Shown here: positions 13,607 through 21,418 of the stretch, piece by piece
Layout of the letters: every line of letters begins with the position of its first letter
How positions within the stretch are numbered: the first letter of the stretch is position 1
Origin: a virus
IMG/VR virus record: IMGVR_UViG_3300045988_062043
DNA: 41,668 nucleotides
Strand: one strand, 5' to 3'
Position numbers and translations under genes: made by a program
The notes under the pieces: model-generated
Databases searched by the model: none
Told to the model about the DNA's origin: nothing
What the model saw: only the letters and a program-made list of their open reading frames with translations

Positions 13607-15213
13607 GGTATCCATTCACCCCAGAACTTCTCGATGCCCTCCCCGAAGAGCTGGCCGAGCTTTACCGCAGCCTGGAGGCAACCCTCCTTGACGAGATATG
13701 CTCCCGCCTGAAGCTGTCCGGTCAACTCAACGAGGTTACGGTGCAGGACATACGGGCCCTTCGCTCCCACGGCATCGACCTGACGGAGATCGAAAAGGCG
13801 ATCCAGCGCACCGCAAGCATCAGCCAGAGCGACCTCGAAAAGCTCCTGGACGATGTTGTGGAGCGCAACCAAAGGTATTACCAAGAGGTCATGGACCTTA
13901 CTGGGGTGACTGCTCCTGAGACGCTGGTGAGTGCCGCCGACATCGCAGCCATTATGGCACAGGCGCAGAGAGAAATTGGCAACCTGACCCGATCTATGGG
14001 CTTTCTGGTGGACAATGGCCGGACAATGCTGGCCCCGGCGAGGGCCTATCAATGGGCGCTGGAAAATGCAGAAATGCAGGTCATGAGCGGGGCCGTCTCG
14101 TACAACCAGGCCATCAAAAACGCCGTCAAACAGCTTGCAGACAGCGGAATACGCAAGGTTGACTATGAGAGCGGCCACCGTGACCACATTGATGTGGCTG
14201 CCCGCCGGGCAGTGATGACAGGCGTGTCCCAACTCTGCGCCAAATACACAGAGCAAAGTGCGGAGTATTTGGAAACGCCCTATTTTGAAATATCCGCCCA
14301 CATCGGGGCGCGAGATACCGGCGTCGGCTGGCAGAACCACAAGGCGTGGCAGGGCCGGGTTTACTCCATCAGGGCCGGGGACAAATATCCGAGCATCTAC
14401 GAGGTATGTGGGCTTGGCTATGTGGACGGCCTGGAGGGTGCTAACTGTCGGCATAAACGATTTGCTTTTGTGGATGGCGTGATGGAGCGCACATATACCG
14501 ACGAGGAGCTGGCCCACATAGATGATGGGCACGACGTGGACTTTGAGGGAAAGCACTACACGGCTTATGAGGCCACACAGAAACAGCGGCAGATCGAGCG
14601 AACCGTCCGCAAGCTGAAACGTGAACAGACAGCATATAAGGCCGCAGGGCTGACAGAGAACGCACAGGCGGTGACTGCCCGCATCCGGCGGCTGAACAAA
14701 GAATACAAAGCGTTCAGCAAGGAAGCGGGGTTGCCGATGCAGATGGAGAGGATGAGGGTATATGAAGAAGTAAAAGCAGTTGAAAAACCTGCTGTTCGTG
14801 ATACAATAGAGAAAACGAACGGCGGGGGTTCTCCTGTGCATACTGTCGGAAGAATTGATGTTGAGAAATATAAGGTAGTCGCAGATAAAATCCAGACCGA
14901 TGAAGTCATTATTACTGATGAGCGGATCGAGCACATTAGAGAACGCCATCCAAATGATTTTGAACGGTATTCACAATATCTCAAACAGATTGTTGAAGAA
15001 CCTGACTATATTCTGGAGGCAAATAAGCCAAATACAGCATTTCTTTTGAAAGAGTTTGTAGAGGCGGATGAAAGATTTCAGCTTATTTTGAGACTTGCTG
15101 TTGAGGGGGACATTCCGGGATACAAGAACTCTATCATTACATTTCTCAAAGTGGAGGAGAAGCGTTACAGAAGATACTTGCGCACGAAGAAAATGCTTTA
15201 CAAATCTGAATAA
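13603..15213 (+). CDS. MuF/SPP1-gp7-like head morphogenesis protein fused to a C-terminal PBECR-type (Barnase/EndoU/RelE-like) nuclease-toxin domain
   Basis: 536 aa. MuF core (EISAHIGARDTGVGWQNHKAWQGRVYS). The C-terminal ~150 aa (IITDERIEHIRERHPNDFERYSQYLKQIVEEPDYILEANKPNTAFLLKEF) lies in a visibly AT-richer segment. Confidence 0.75.
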   Translation: MRYPFTPELLDALPEELAELYRSLEATLLDEICSRLKLSGQLNEVTVQDIRALRSHGIDLTEIEKAIQRTASISQSDLEKLLDDVVERNQRYYQEVMDLTGVTAPETLVSAADIAAIMAQAQREIGNLTRSMGFLVDNGRTMLAPARAYQWALENAEMQVMSGAVSYNQAIKNAVKQLADSGIRKVDYESGHRDHIDVAARRAVMTGVSQLCAKYTEQSAEYLETPYFEISAHIGARDTGVGWQNHKAWQGRVYSIRAGDKYPSIYEVCGLGYVDGLEGANCRHKRFAFVDGVMERTYTDEELAHIDDGHDVDFEGKHYTAYEATQKQRQIERTVRKLKREQTAYKAAGLTENAQAVTARIRRLNKEYKAFSKEAGLPMQMERMRVYEEVKAVEKPAVRDTIEKTNGGGSPVHTVGRIDVEKYKVVADKIQTDEVIITDERIEHIRERHPNDFERYSQYLKQIVEEPDYILEANKPNTAFLLKEFVEADERFQLILRLAVEGDIPGYKNSIITFLKVEEKRYRRYLRTKKMLYKSE

Positions 15214-15378
15214 AACGGCTATAATTCAAGTAGAATAGAATGGTTCTTTGAGGTGGACAATTTCGTGGCATCCACACGCCGATGGTATTGACAGGGGAAA
15301 CCCGAGAGATGCAGGAGAACGCCACGCCTGCCAAAGAACCAGACTACGAGGGAAGGAGGCCGCAGAGATGTGGCTTCC

Positions 15379-15401
15379 TTTTCCCTTGCTCGGAGGGAAA
15401 A
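15379..15401 (+). promoter_or_regulatory. Hairpin sequestering the RBS and start codon of the KTR gene
   Basis: TTTTCCCT (15379-86) pairs perfectly with AGGGAAAA (15394-401). It overlaps the SD GGAGGG and the A of the ATG. Confidence 0.4.
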
Positions 15402-15550
15402 TGATTAAAGAAGATATTTACGGGAAAAAGTGGTATTGCTGTCCCCATTGCGGAAAGTCTCTTTTTCCAGTCCGAACAGATACCAAAATACAACATATGC
15501 CATTTCGATGTAAGGCTTGTAAGCACGACATTGAAGTAAATATTGCATAG
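15401..15550 (+). CDS. Cysteine-rich KTR-type zinc-ribbon protein (49 aa)
   Basis: WYCCPHCGKSLFPVRTDTKIQHMPFRCKACKHDIEVNI matches the Cys_rich_KTR pattern. GGAGGG RBS. Confidence 0.6.
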   Translation: MIKEDIYGKKWYCCPHCGKSLFPVRTDTKIQHMPFRCKACKHDIEVNIA

Positions 15551-15570
15551 AGCCAAGAGCCTGTGAGCCA

Positions 15571-15619
15571 AGAGCCATTGATTGCTGAACAATCAGCAGT
15601 TGATGGCTCTTTTTGTTTG
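15571..15619 (+). terminator. Intrinsic terminator
   Basis: A long imperfect hairpin AGAGCCAT...ATGGCTCT (15571-15610) followed by TTTTTGTTTG. Confidence 0.65.
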
Positions 15620-15709
15620 TCAGAGAAGACGCTAAAACCCAAACGGCAGAGAAGCCGAAAATCCCAAACACAAGACAGAGAAGTCTATAAAACCCAAAGG
15701 AGAAGCATT

Positions 15710-16189
15710 ATGGCGAACATTGATACAAGCACTATTGAAGGGTTTGACGGCATGACCGCCGACGAAAAAGTAACGGCGCTGCTCAGTTTTCAAATCCCCG
15801 ACCCTGTTGACCTGTCTGGATATGTGAAAAAGGATGTCTTTGACACGAAAGCAACGGAGGCCGCCTCCCTCGCAAAGCAGCTGAAAACGAAAACGACAGA
15901 GGCGGATACCGCCGCCGGGACGCTTTCCACGACACAAGCAGAGTTGGAGGCGCTCAAGCGAAGCTATTATGTCGCATCCAAGGGCCTGACCGGCGAGGAA
16001 GCGGAGTTCATCGCCTTCAAGGCCGGAAAGATGGTGGACGATAAGACCACCTTCGAGCAGGCCGTGGACGCGCTGACTGCTGACCGAAAGAAAACCACTT
16101 TCGATTGGACTGCTCCTGTGGGCGGCGGAAGCACGAAAACAGGAGAAAACGATGTAATGAACGCCCTGATTAGGGGCGCACTCAAGTAA
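15710..16189 (+). CDS. Scaffolding protein
   Basis: 159 aa with an AAAGGAGAAG RBS. Helical and charged. Sits immediately upstream of the major capsid gene. Confidence 0.65.
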   Translation: MANIDTSTIEGFDGMTADEKVTALLSFQIPDPVDLSGYVKKDVFDTKATEAASLAKQLKTKTTEADTAAGTLSTTQAELEALKRSYYVASKGLTGEEAEFIAFKAGKMVDDKTTFEQAVDALTADRKKTTFDWTAPVGGGSTKTGENDVMNALIRGALK

Positions 16190-16204
16190 GAAAGGAGCCT
16201 ATCA

Positions 16205-17173
16205 ATGGCTGACATTATCGACAGAAGCAAACTTTCCGGGCTTATCCCCGAGCCTGTGACCCGTGAGATTATCCAGGGGGCAGTAACGGAGTCCGCCGTG
16301 CTGCGGATGGCCCGGCGGCTGCCCAATATGACCAGCAAGACCCAGACCCTCAATGTGCTGGATGCGCTACCCACCGCCTACTTTGTCAACGGCGAGGCGG
16401 CCACCGGAGCGACCGACTCCAAGGCGTCCCTGAAAAAGACCACCAACATGGCGTGGGACAAGAAGAAAATTTACGCTGAGGAGATCGCCGTCATTGTCCC
16501 TATTCCGGAGGCAGTGTTGGATGACAGCGATTATGATATTTGGGGTGAGGTTCGTCCTCGTTTGACTGAGGCATTCGGCAAGGTGATCGACGCCGCAATC
16601 CTGTACGGCACGGACAAGCCTACCTCCTGGCGCGATGGCCTTGTGCCCTCGGCCACCACCGCAGGCGCTGTTGTGACGGCTACTAGCGATATTTTCAAGG
16701 ATATCATGGGCGAGGGCGGCGTAATTGCTAAAGTGGAGGAGAGCGGTTACATCCCAAACGGCGTAATGGCTGCCATTCAGATGCGCGCCAAGCTGCGCGG
16801 CCTTGTAGACAAGAACGGTCAGCCCATCTTTAAGACCGATATGCAGGGAGATACCCGCTATGCCCTGGACGGTATGTCCATGTATTTCCCCGTAAACGGT
16901 GCTTATGATCCGGAGGAGTCCCTCGCTATCGTGGGCGATTGGAGCCAACTGGTTTATGCGATCCGTCAGAATATGACCTTCAAGATCTTCGACAGCGGCG
17001 TGGTGCAGGATCCCACCACCGGAAACATCCTCTATAACCTGATGCAAAACGATATGGTGGCGCTCCGCGCGGTCATGCGTCTGGGGTGGGAAATCCCCAA
17101 CCCCATCAACGCTTATAATGTCGGGAATACCAAGGCTTTCCCGTTTTCCGTCTACGCCCCGGCGGGGGAATGA
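16205..17173 (+). CDS. Major capsid protein (HK97 fold family)
   Basis: 322 aa. Position, size and typical sequence features (LPNMTSKTQTLNVLDALPTAYFVNGE...WDKKKIYAEEIAVIVPIPEAVLDDS). Confidence 0.85.
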   Translation: MADIIDRSKLSGLIPEPVTREIIQGAVTESAVLRMARRLPNMTSKTQTLNVLDALPTAYFVNGEAATGATDSKASLKKTTNMAWDKKKIYAEEIAVIVPIPEAVLDDSDYDIWGEVRPRLTEAFGKVIDAAILYGTDKPTSWRDGLVPSATTAGAVVTATSDIFKDIMGEGGVIAKVEESGYIPNGVMAAIQMRAKLRGLVDKNGQPIFKTDMQGDTRYALDGMSMYFPVNGAYDPEESLAIVGDWSQLVYAIRQNMTFKIFDSGVVQDPTTGNILYNLMQNDMVALRAVMRLGWEIPNPINAYNVGNTKAFPFSVYAPAGE

Positions 17174-17451
17174 GTGCGCGCCTCTCGGGGCTGACGATTG
17201 GCGCGCTGATGCTTACTCCGCCGTTTGACCCGGACACGACGGAGTACACAGCCACAACCACAAATGCGACCAATACGGTGACCGCTACACCGGAGGATGA
17301 GGACGCCACAGTCACCATCCTGAACGGCGGTGCGCCGGTTGAAAACGGCACCGCCGCAACGTGGGTGGACGGCGCAAACACCCTGACCATTACGGTGAAA
17401 AACGGGACGGCCCAGAAAGTTTATTCCGTAAACGTCACAAAATCGACCTAA
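17170..17451 (+). CDS. Cadherin-like/Ig-like beta-sandwich protein (head decoration candidate)
   Basis: 93 aa. LTPPFDPDTTEYTATTTNATNTVTATPEDEDATVTI...TLTITVKNGTAQKVYSVNV is a cadherin-like repeat pattern. ATGA overlap with the capsid gene. Confidence 0.6.
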   Translation: MSARLSGLTIGALMLTPPFDPDTTEYTATTTNATNTVTATPEDEDATVTILNGGAPVENGTAATWVDGANTLTITVKNGTAQKVYSVNVTKST

Positions 17452-17465
17452 AAGGAGGCTTTGCA

Positions 17466-17924
17466 ATGGCTTACGCAGACTATGAGTATTACACAACCAC
17501 ATATCTGGGGACAGCCATTAAAGAGGCCGACTTTCCGCACCTGTCTCTGCGTGCAAGTTCCTTTTTGGATTACTACACGCAGGGCCGGGCGGCCCAAAAC
17601 TCAGACCTGGACGCCCTAAAAATGGCGTGCTGCGCTGTTTCGGAGCAGTACCAAGTCATCGATACAGCGCGAGCGTTGGCACAAAAAGCACTGTCCTCCT
17701 CCCTCTCTTCTGAGGGGGGTGAGCTGCAAAGTCAGACTGTTGGCAGCTGGTCCAAGACCTACAGAAGCGCTGGGGACAGTGCTGCACAAGCAACAGCCTC
17801 CGCCTCCTCCGCCCAGGCATTGCTTGCCAATGTTGCTAGTCAGTATTTGGCCGGTACGGGACTCCTGTATCGTGGGAGGAGGTGCGGCTGTGGATATGTT
17901 CCCCCATGTTGTGACAGTCTATAA
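17466..17924 (+). CDS. Head-tail connector (gp6-like)
   Basis: 152 aa. MAYADYEYYTTTYLGTAI...F..L..RAS is the N-terminal pattern typical of connector/adaptor proteins, and the position fits. Confidence 0.55.
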   Translation: MAYADYEYYTTTYLGTAIKEADFPHLSLRASSFLDYYTQGRAAQNSDLDALKMACCAVSEQYQVIDTARALAQKALSSSLSSEGGELQSQTVGSWSKTYRSAGDSAAQATASASSAQALLANVASQYLAGTGLLYRGRRCGCGYVPPCCDSL

Positions 17925-18342
17925 CACAGAAACCACGGAGCTCCCTGAGAACAATTTTGAACCATCCCTAGTCAATCATATCACAGTACTGCGTGGGGTC
18001 CTCCTGGATGCTTCCAAGGGCTCTAACGTGGCGAAAAGCGGCTTAGAGGGTGCGGACGCGGTAATCCTCTATATTCCGGTCAGCGTGGAGGCCGTGGACG
18101 GTGTGACCGGTGCGGCAAAGCGGTACATTGGCCCTATTGAGTTCTGGCGATCGGATGATAAATCCTCCCTATGGACCCTTTCTGTGAGCCGCAACTGCTT
18201 TTTTGTCAAGGGGGAAGCAGTACACCCGGACTGGACAGTACAGACTATAGAGGCCGCCTATGACGACGTGTATGACGTGACAAAGGTAGATTTTAAAGAC
18301 TTCGGTGGGGATATGTCGCACTGGGAAGTCGGGGGGAAATAA
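17896..18342 (+). CDS. Head closure / head-tail joining protein
   Basis: 148 aa. Assigned by position in the morphogenesis operon. Start taken at the internal ATG of track ORF 17719. Confidence 0.5.
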   Translation: MFPHVVTVYNTETTELPENNFEPSLVNHITVLRGVLLDASKGSNVAKSGLEGADAVILYIPVSVEAVDGVTGAAKRYIGPIEFWRSDDKSSLWTLSVSRNCFFVKGEAVHPDWTVQTIEAAYDDVYDVTKVDFKDFGGDMSHWEVGGK

Positions 18343-18343
18343 A

Positions 18344-18796
18344 GTGCTGAAATTCACGGTGCACACCGATGGCTTAGAGTCCATCAAGGACAAGCTAGCT
18401 GAGGGATGTACTAAAGCGGAGCATACTGTGGCACTCCAAGTGAGAAAAGACACGTCGCCGTATGTGCCGGCGTTGACAGGCAGCCTGGATACACGGACAC
18501 GGGTTGACGGTTCGGAGGTGATATACCCGGGCCCATATGCCCGCTATCTCTATTACGGCAAAGTCATGGTGGATTCTGCAACCGGGAAAGGCCCCATGCG
18601 CATTGTGAGTGAGGATGGGACAGAGGTAATCCGATTCCGCAAGGGAGCAAAGCTAAAGCCGACAGATCGGGACCTTAAGATACGGCGTTCTATGCACCGC
18701 AAAGCGCAATCTTATTGGTTTGAAGCCAGCAAAGCAAAGAATCTTCCCAAATGGCTATGTGTGGCAAAGGAGGCAACATTGCATGAGCTCAAATGA
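18344..18796 (+). CDS. HK97 gp10-like minor capsid / tail-attachment protein
   Basis: YVPALTGSL...VIYPGPYARYLYYGK...AQSYWFEASK fits that family pattern. GTG 18344 follows the previous stop, with ATG 18305 as an alternative start. Confidence 0.55.
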   Translation: MLKFTVHTDGLESIKDKLAEGCTKAEHTVALQVRKDTSPYVPALTGSLDTRTRVDGSEVIYPGPYARYLYYGKVMVDSATGKGPMRIVSEDGTEVIRFRKGAKLKPTDRDLKIRRSMHRKAQSYWFEASKAKNLPKWLCVAKEATLHELK

Positions 18797-19244
18797 AAAA
18801 CAGAGGTTGTCTGTCTCTGCGTCAGAGCGCAGCAAGATTGACCGGAAAGTTTTGGCGTGGCTAAATCAATACCCAGGCTTGCCGATTTCTGTAGTAAAAA
18901 CAGAGCCGCAGCTGCCAATCAACGAAAGGGGAATGGCGCTGTCTGCTTCCACAAACGCCTATTACAGCAGACACTTTATTCTTGGAGGCTATCAAGCGGA
19001 GTATTCGTTCAAAATTATTTATCGTATTAAGCCGGGAATTGGCAGTATGGACGCAAGGCTTGACGCACTGGAAACATTAAATTTGATGGGAGACTGGTGT
19101 AGCGAAAACTTCCCTGACTTGGGCGAGGAAATCCGTGTGCAGAAAGTAACCCCAACATCCTCCGCAGAACTTTATGCCCCGTATGAGAACGGAGACGAAG
19201 ATTATTTTATCGAAATGAAGCTGACCTATGAGGTCGGCGTTTGA
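18783..19244 (+). CDS. Tail completion / tail terminator-like protein
   Basis: 153 aa. Assigned by its position just before the major tail protein. Confidence 0.45.
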   Translation: MSSNEKQRLSVSASERSKIDRKVLAWLNQYPGLPISVVKTEPQLPINERGMALSASTNAYYSRHFILGGYQAEYSFKIIYRIKPGIGSMDARLDALETLNLMGDWCSENFPDLGEEIRVQKVTPTSSAELYAPYENGDEDYFIEMKLTYEVGV

Positions 19245-19258
19245 AAGGAGAAAGCATA

Positions 19259-19786
19259 ATGGCAGACCTTGAATTTAACACTACGGCGGGCCAGACCATT
19301 GCCCGAGAACTTCTGATTGCCTATCTTAACACAGGGACCGCGGAGTCTCCCTCATGGAGTGCGTTCGGCAAACGCGTAGAAGACTCCGATGAGGAAATGG
19401 ACTGGAGCCAGGAGTCCACGCAGGACATCCTTGGGAACACCTGGACCACCATGAAGAAGCCCATCATTACCCAGTCTTTTGACCCCATCCCTATGGACGC
19501 CGGAGACGCTGCCGCAGTAAAGCTGTGGAATCTTGGTGTAAAGGACCAGAACGCCCAGTCTCTTGCCAACCAGGATATGCTGATCGCTCATTTCTACGCT
19601 GATTCCGGCGAGGCCACCTTTGCAGAGCGGTACAGCGGGAGCGCCATTGCCGTGACCCGCATTGGCGGCGAGGGCGGAGGCAACCTGGAAATTTCCACAG
19701 AGATCACCTACGGCGGCGAGCGTACCCTTGGTACGGTGACGAGAACCGGCAGCACGGTCACCTTTACTCCTGACGGGGCGGTGTAA
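19259..19786 (+). CDS. Major tail protein
   Basis: 175 aa with an AAAGGAGAAAG RBS. Position and size. N-terminal LEFNTTAGQTIARELLIAYLNTGT is typical of siphovirus tube proteins. Confidence 0.7.
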   Translation: MADLEFNTTAGQTIARELLIAYLNTGTAESPSWSAFGKRVEDSDEEMDWSQESTQDILGNTWTTMKKPIITQSFDPIPMDAGDAAAVKLWNLGVKDQNAQSLANQDMLIAHFYADSGEATFAERYSGSAIAVTRIGGEGGGNLEISTEITYGGERTLGTVTRTGSTVTFTPDGAV

Positions 19787-19789
19787 CAC

Positions 19790-20218
19790 ATGAAGGAACT
19801 GAACTTTGAATCGGGCCTTGTTACTTACTCCCTGAACGGAAAGTGTGAGGTCACATTTAACCCAACCGACAGCAACTTTGTGGAGCGCCTTTATTCCGCC
19901 TTTGAGGAACTAGACAAGAAGCAGGAGGGGTACAAGGCCCAGGTCGAGAAGATGGCAAACAAACGAGAGGTGTTTGACTTTGCCAGGGAACGGGACGCGG
20001 AAATGCGGGGAATCATCGACGGCCTGTTTGGCGTTCCAGTGAGTGATGTACTCTTTGGCGATATGAACGTTTACGCTGTGGCCGCTGGGCTTCCGGCGTG
20101 GTGCAACCTGATGCTGGCCGTGATGGACGAAATCGACAGCACATACACCAGAGAACAGAAATCAACCAATCCGCGCATTGCAAAATACACTGCAAAATAT
20201 CAGAAGTACCACAAGTGA
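19790..20218 (+). CDS. Tail assembly chaperone
   Basis: 142 aa. Lies between the major tail and tape measure genes. Confidence 0.55.
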   Translation: MKELNFESGLVTYSLNGKCEVTFNPTDSNFVERLYSAFEELDKKQEGYKAQVEKMANKREVFDFARERDAEMRGIIDGLFGVPVSDVLFGDMNVYAVAAGLPAWCNLMLAVMDEIDSTYTREQKSTNPRIAKYTAKYQKYHK

Positions 20219-20229
20219 GGTAGTACGGC

Positions 20230-20796
20230 ATGGGTTACGGACTCCCAAAAAGTGTTGAAATAGACGGGCAGGAATTTGCCGTTCGCTATGACTTCCGGGT
20301 CATCCTGGACATTTTCGAGGCAATAAACGACCCGGAACTAAGCGACGAGGACCGTGCCCTTGCCGTGCTCCATATGTTCTATGTGGACTTCGAGGCGCTG
20401 ACCGACTACGACGTTGCGTTAAAAGAGTGCTTCAAATTTATCAACGGCGGCCAGGAGCAGGAGGGGCAAAAAAAGCAGCCCCAGCTTGTGGCGTGGGAGC
20501 AAGACTTCCAGTACATCGTGGCGCCGGTCAACCGGGTGCTGGGCTATGAGACCAGGGCGTTAGAGTACGACCAGGAGGGCAACACAGGCGGCGTACACTG
20601 GTGGACCTTTCTTTCCGCGTACATGGAAATTGGAGACTGCCTGTTCGCTCAAATCGTTGGCATTAGAAGCAAAAAGGCAAAAGGCAAAAAGCTGGATAAG
20701 ACCGAACAAGAATTTTACAGAAAAAATAAAGAAATTGTAGACATAAAGGTCTGCTACACAGAGTCGGAGGAAGCACTAATCAAGGCGTGGACATAA
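20230..20796 (+). CDS. Gp15-like tail assembly protein
   Basis: 188 aa. VEIDGQEFAVRYDFRVILDIFEAINDPELSDEDRA resembles the bacteriophage Gp15 family N-terminus. Confidence 0.55.
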   Translation: MGYGLPKSVEIDGQEFAVRYDFRVILDIFEAINDPELSDEDRALAVLHMFYVDFEALTDYDVALKECFKFINGGQEQEGQKKQPQLVAWEQDFQYIVAPVNRVLGYETRALEYDQEGNTGGVHWWTFLSAYMEIGDCLFAQIVGIRSKKAKGKKLDKTEQEFYRKNKEIVDIKVCYTESEEALIKAWT

Positions 20797-20820
20797 AAAA
20801 GCCGCCCCCAAAGGAGCGGC
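20795..20820 (-). terminator. Terminator for reverse gene 20829-21389 (possibly bidirectional)
   Basis: GCCGCCCC-CAAA-GGAGCGGC (8 bp, 1 mismatch), followed on the minus strand by TTTTTT. Confidence 0.6.
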
Positions 20821-20828
20821 CTTGGTCA

Positions 20829-21389
20829 TCAATTTGGGTAGACCGTAATCACATCGCTTTCCGTCAATTGGTTCAGCGTCTCGCTATTTAAGACAGAAAG
20901 GCGGAACTCCACTTTTTCAACATCTTCAAGCGGCGTCTCACAGAACACGATGAAGGAGCCAGTCACACTTTTCCCTGAAAGAGCAGTCACGGGCAAGCCT
21001 GTCCCTGTGGAACAGTGAGAATTGTCCACATAGACATCATCGAGCACGTACATTTGCTCTACGTCGCCTGTGTTGTCCACGGAGAGGGAGACATAAAAGC
21101 ACCCATCCACTAAGTCGGAGCTGGAGCAGCCCTTGTACTCCGCCTCGAAGCCATCACCGGAAAATGTCAAGGTTTTGGCTGTGTGGTCGCCCTGAGTGTT
21201 CTGGGCGCTGGACGTTCTACCGCCCATGGAACCGGCCACGACGGCCACACAGCCAATGACGGCGATCACCGCTACCACCGCGCAGGCAACATAGACGCCC
21301 TGGTGCTGTTTCGCCCCGCAGCGGGGGCAGGCTTTTTCCGACTTTGCGATTTCCGCCCCGCAAGTCTTACATTTCATCAGTTTTCCCAT
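20829..21389 (-). CDS. Zinc-ribbon, single-TM protein with an extracytoplasmic beta-sandwich (DUF4352-like) domain; a moron inside the tail module
   Basis: 186 aa. CKTCGAEI...CPRCG, a TM segment VYVACAVVAVIAVIGCVAVVAG, then a beta-rich domain. GGAGGG RBS. It is the only reverse gene in the late operon. Confidence 0.7.
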   Translation of the reverse strand: MGKLMKCKTCGAEIAKSEKACPRCGAKQHQGVYVACAVVAVIAVIGCVAVVAGSMGGRTSSAQNTQGDHTAKTLTFSGDGFEAEYKGCSSSDLVDGCFYVSLSVDNTGDVEQMYVLDDVYVDNSHCSTGTGLPVTALSGKSVTGSFIVFCETPLEDVEKVEFRLSVLNSETLNQLTESDVITVYPN

Positions 21390-21418
21390 TTCAATTTCCC
21401 TCCAAAGGTGGTGATTTT

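Noticed and set aside
13228-14949. 573-aa ORF on the minus strand, the longest reverse ORF in the track
   Set aside because: It lies exactly antisense to the portal 3' end and the MuF gene, which have recognisable motifs and coupled starts. It has no RBS, and its composition is the low-complexity shadow typical of GC-rich coding DNA.
19790-20796. Programmed -1 frameshift (G/GT-type) joining the two tail chaperone ORFs
   Set aside because: The ORFs are separated by a stop, an 11-nt gap and an independent RBS (GAGGT). I found no overlapping frame or slippery heptamer at the junction.
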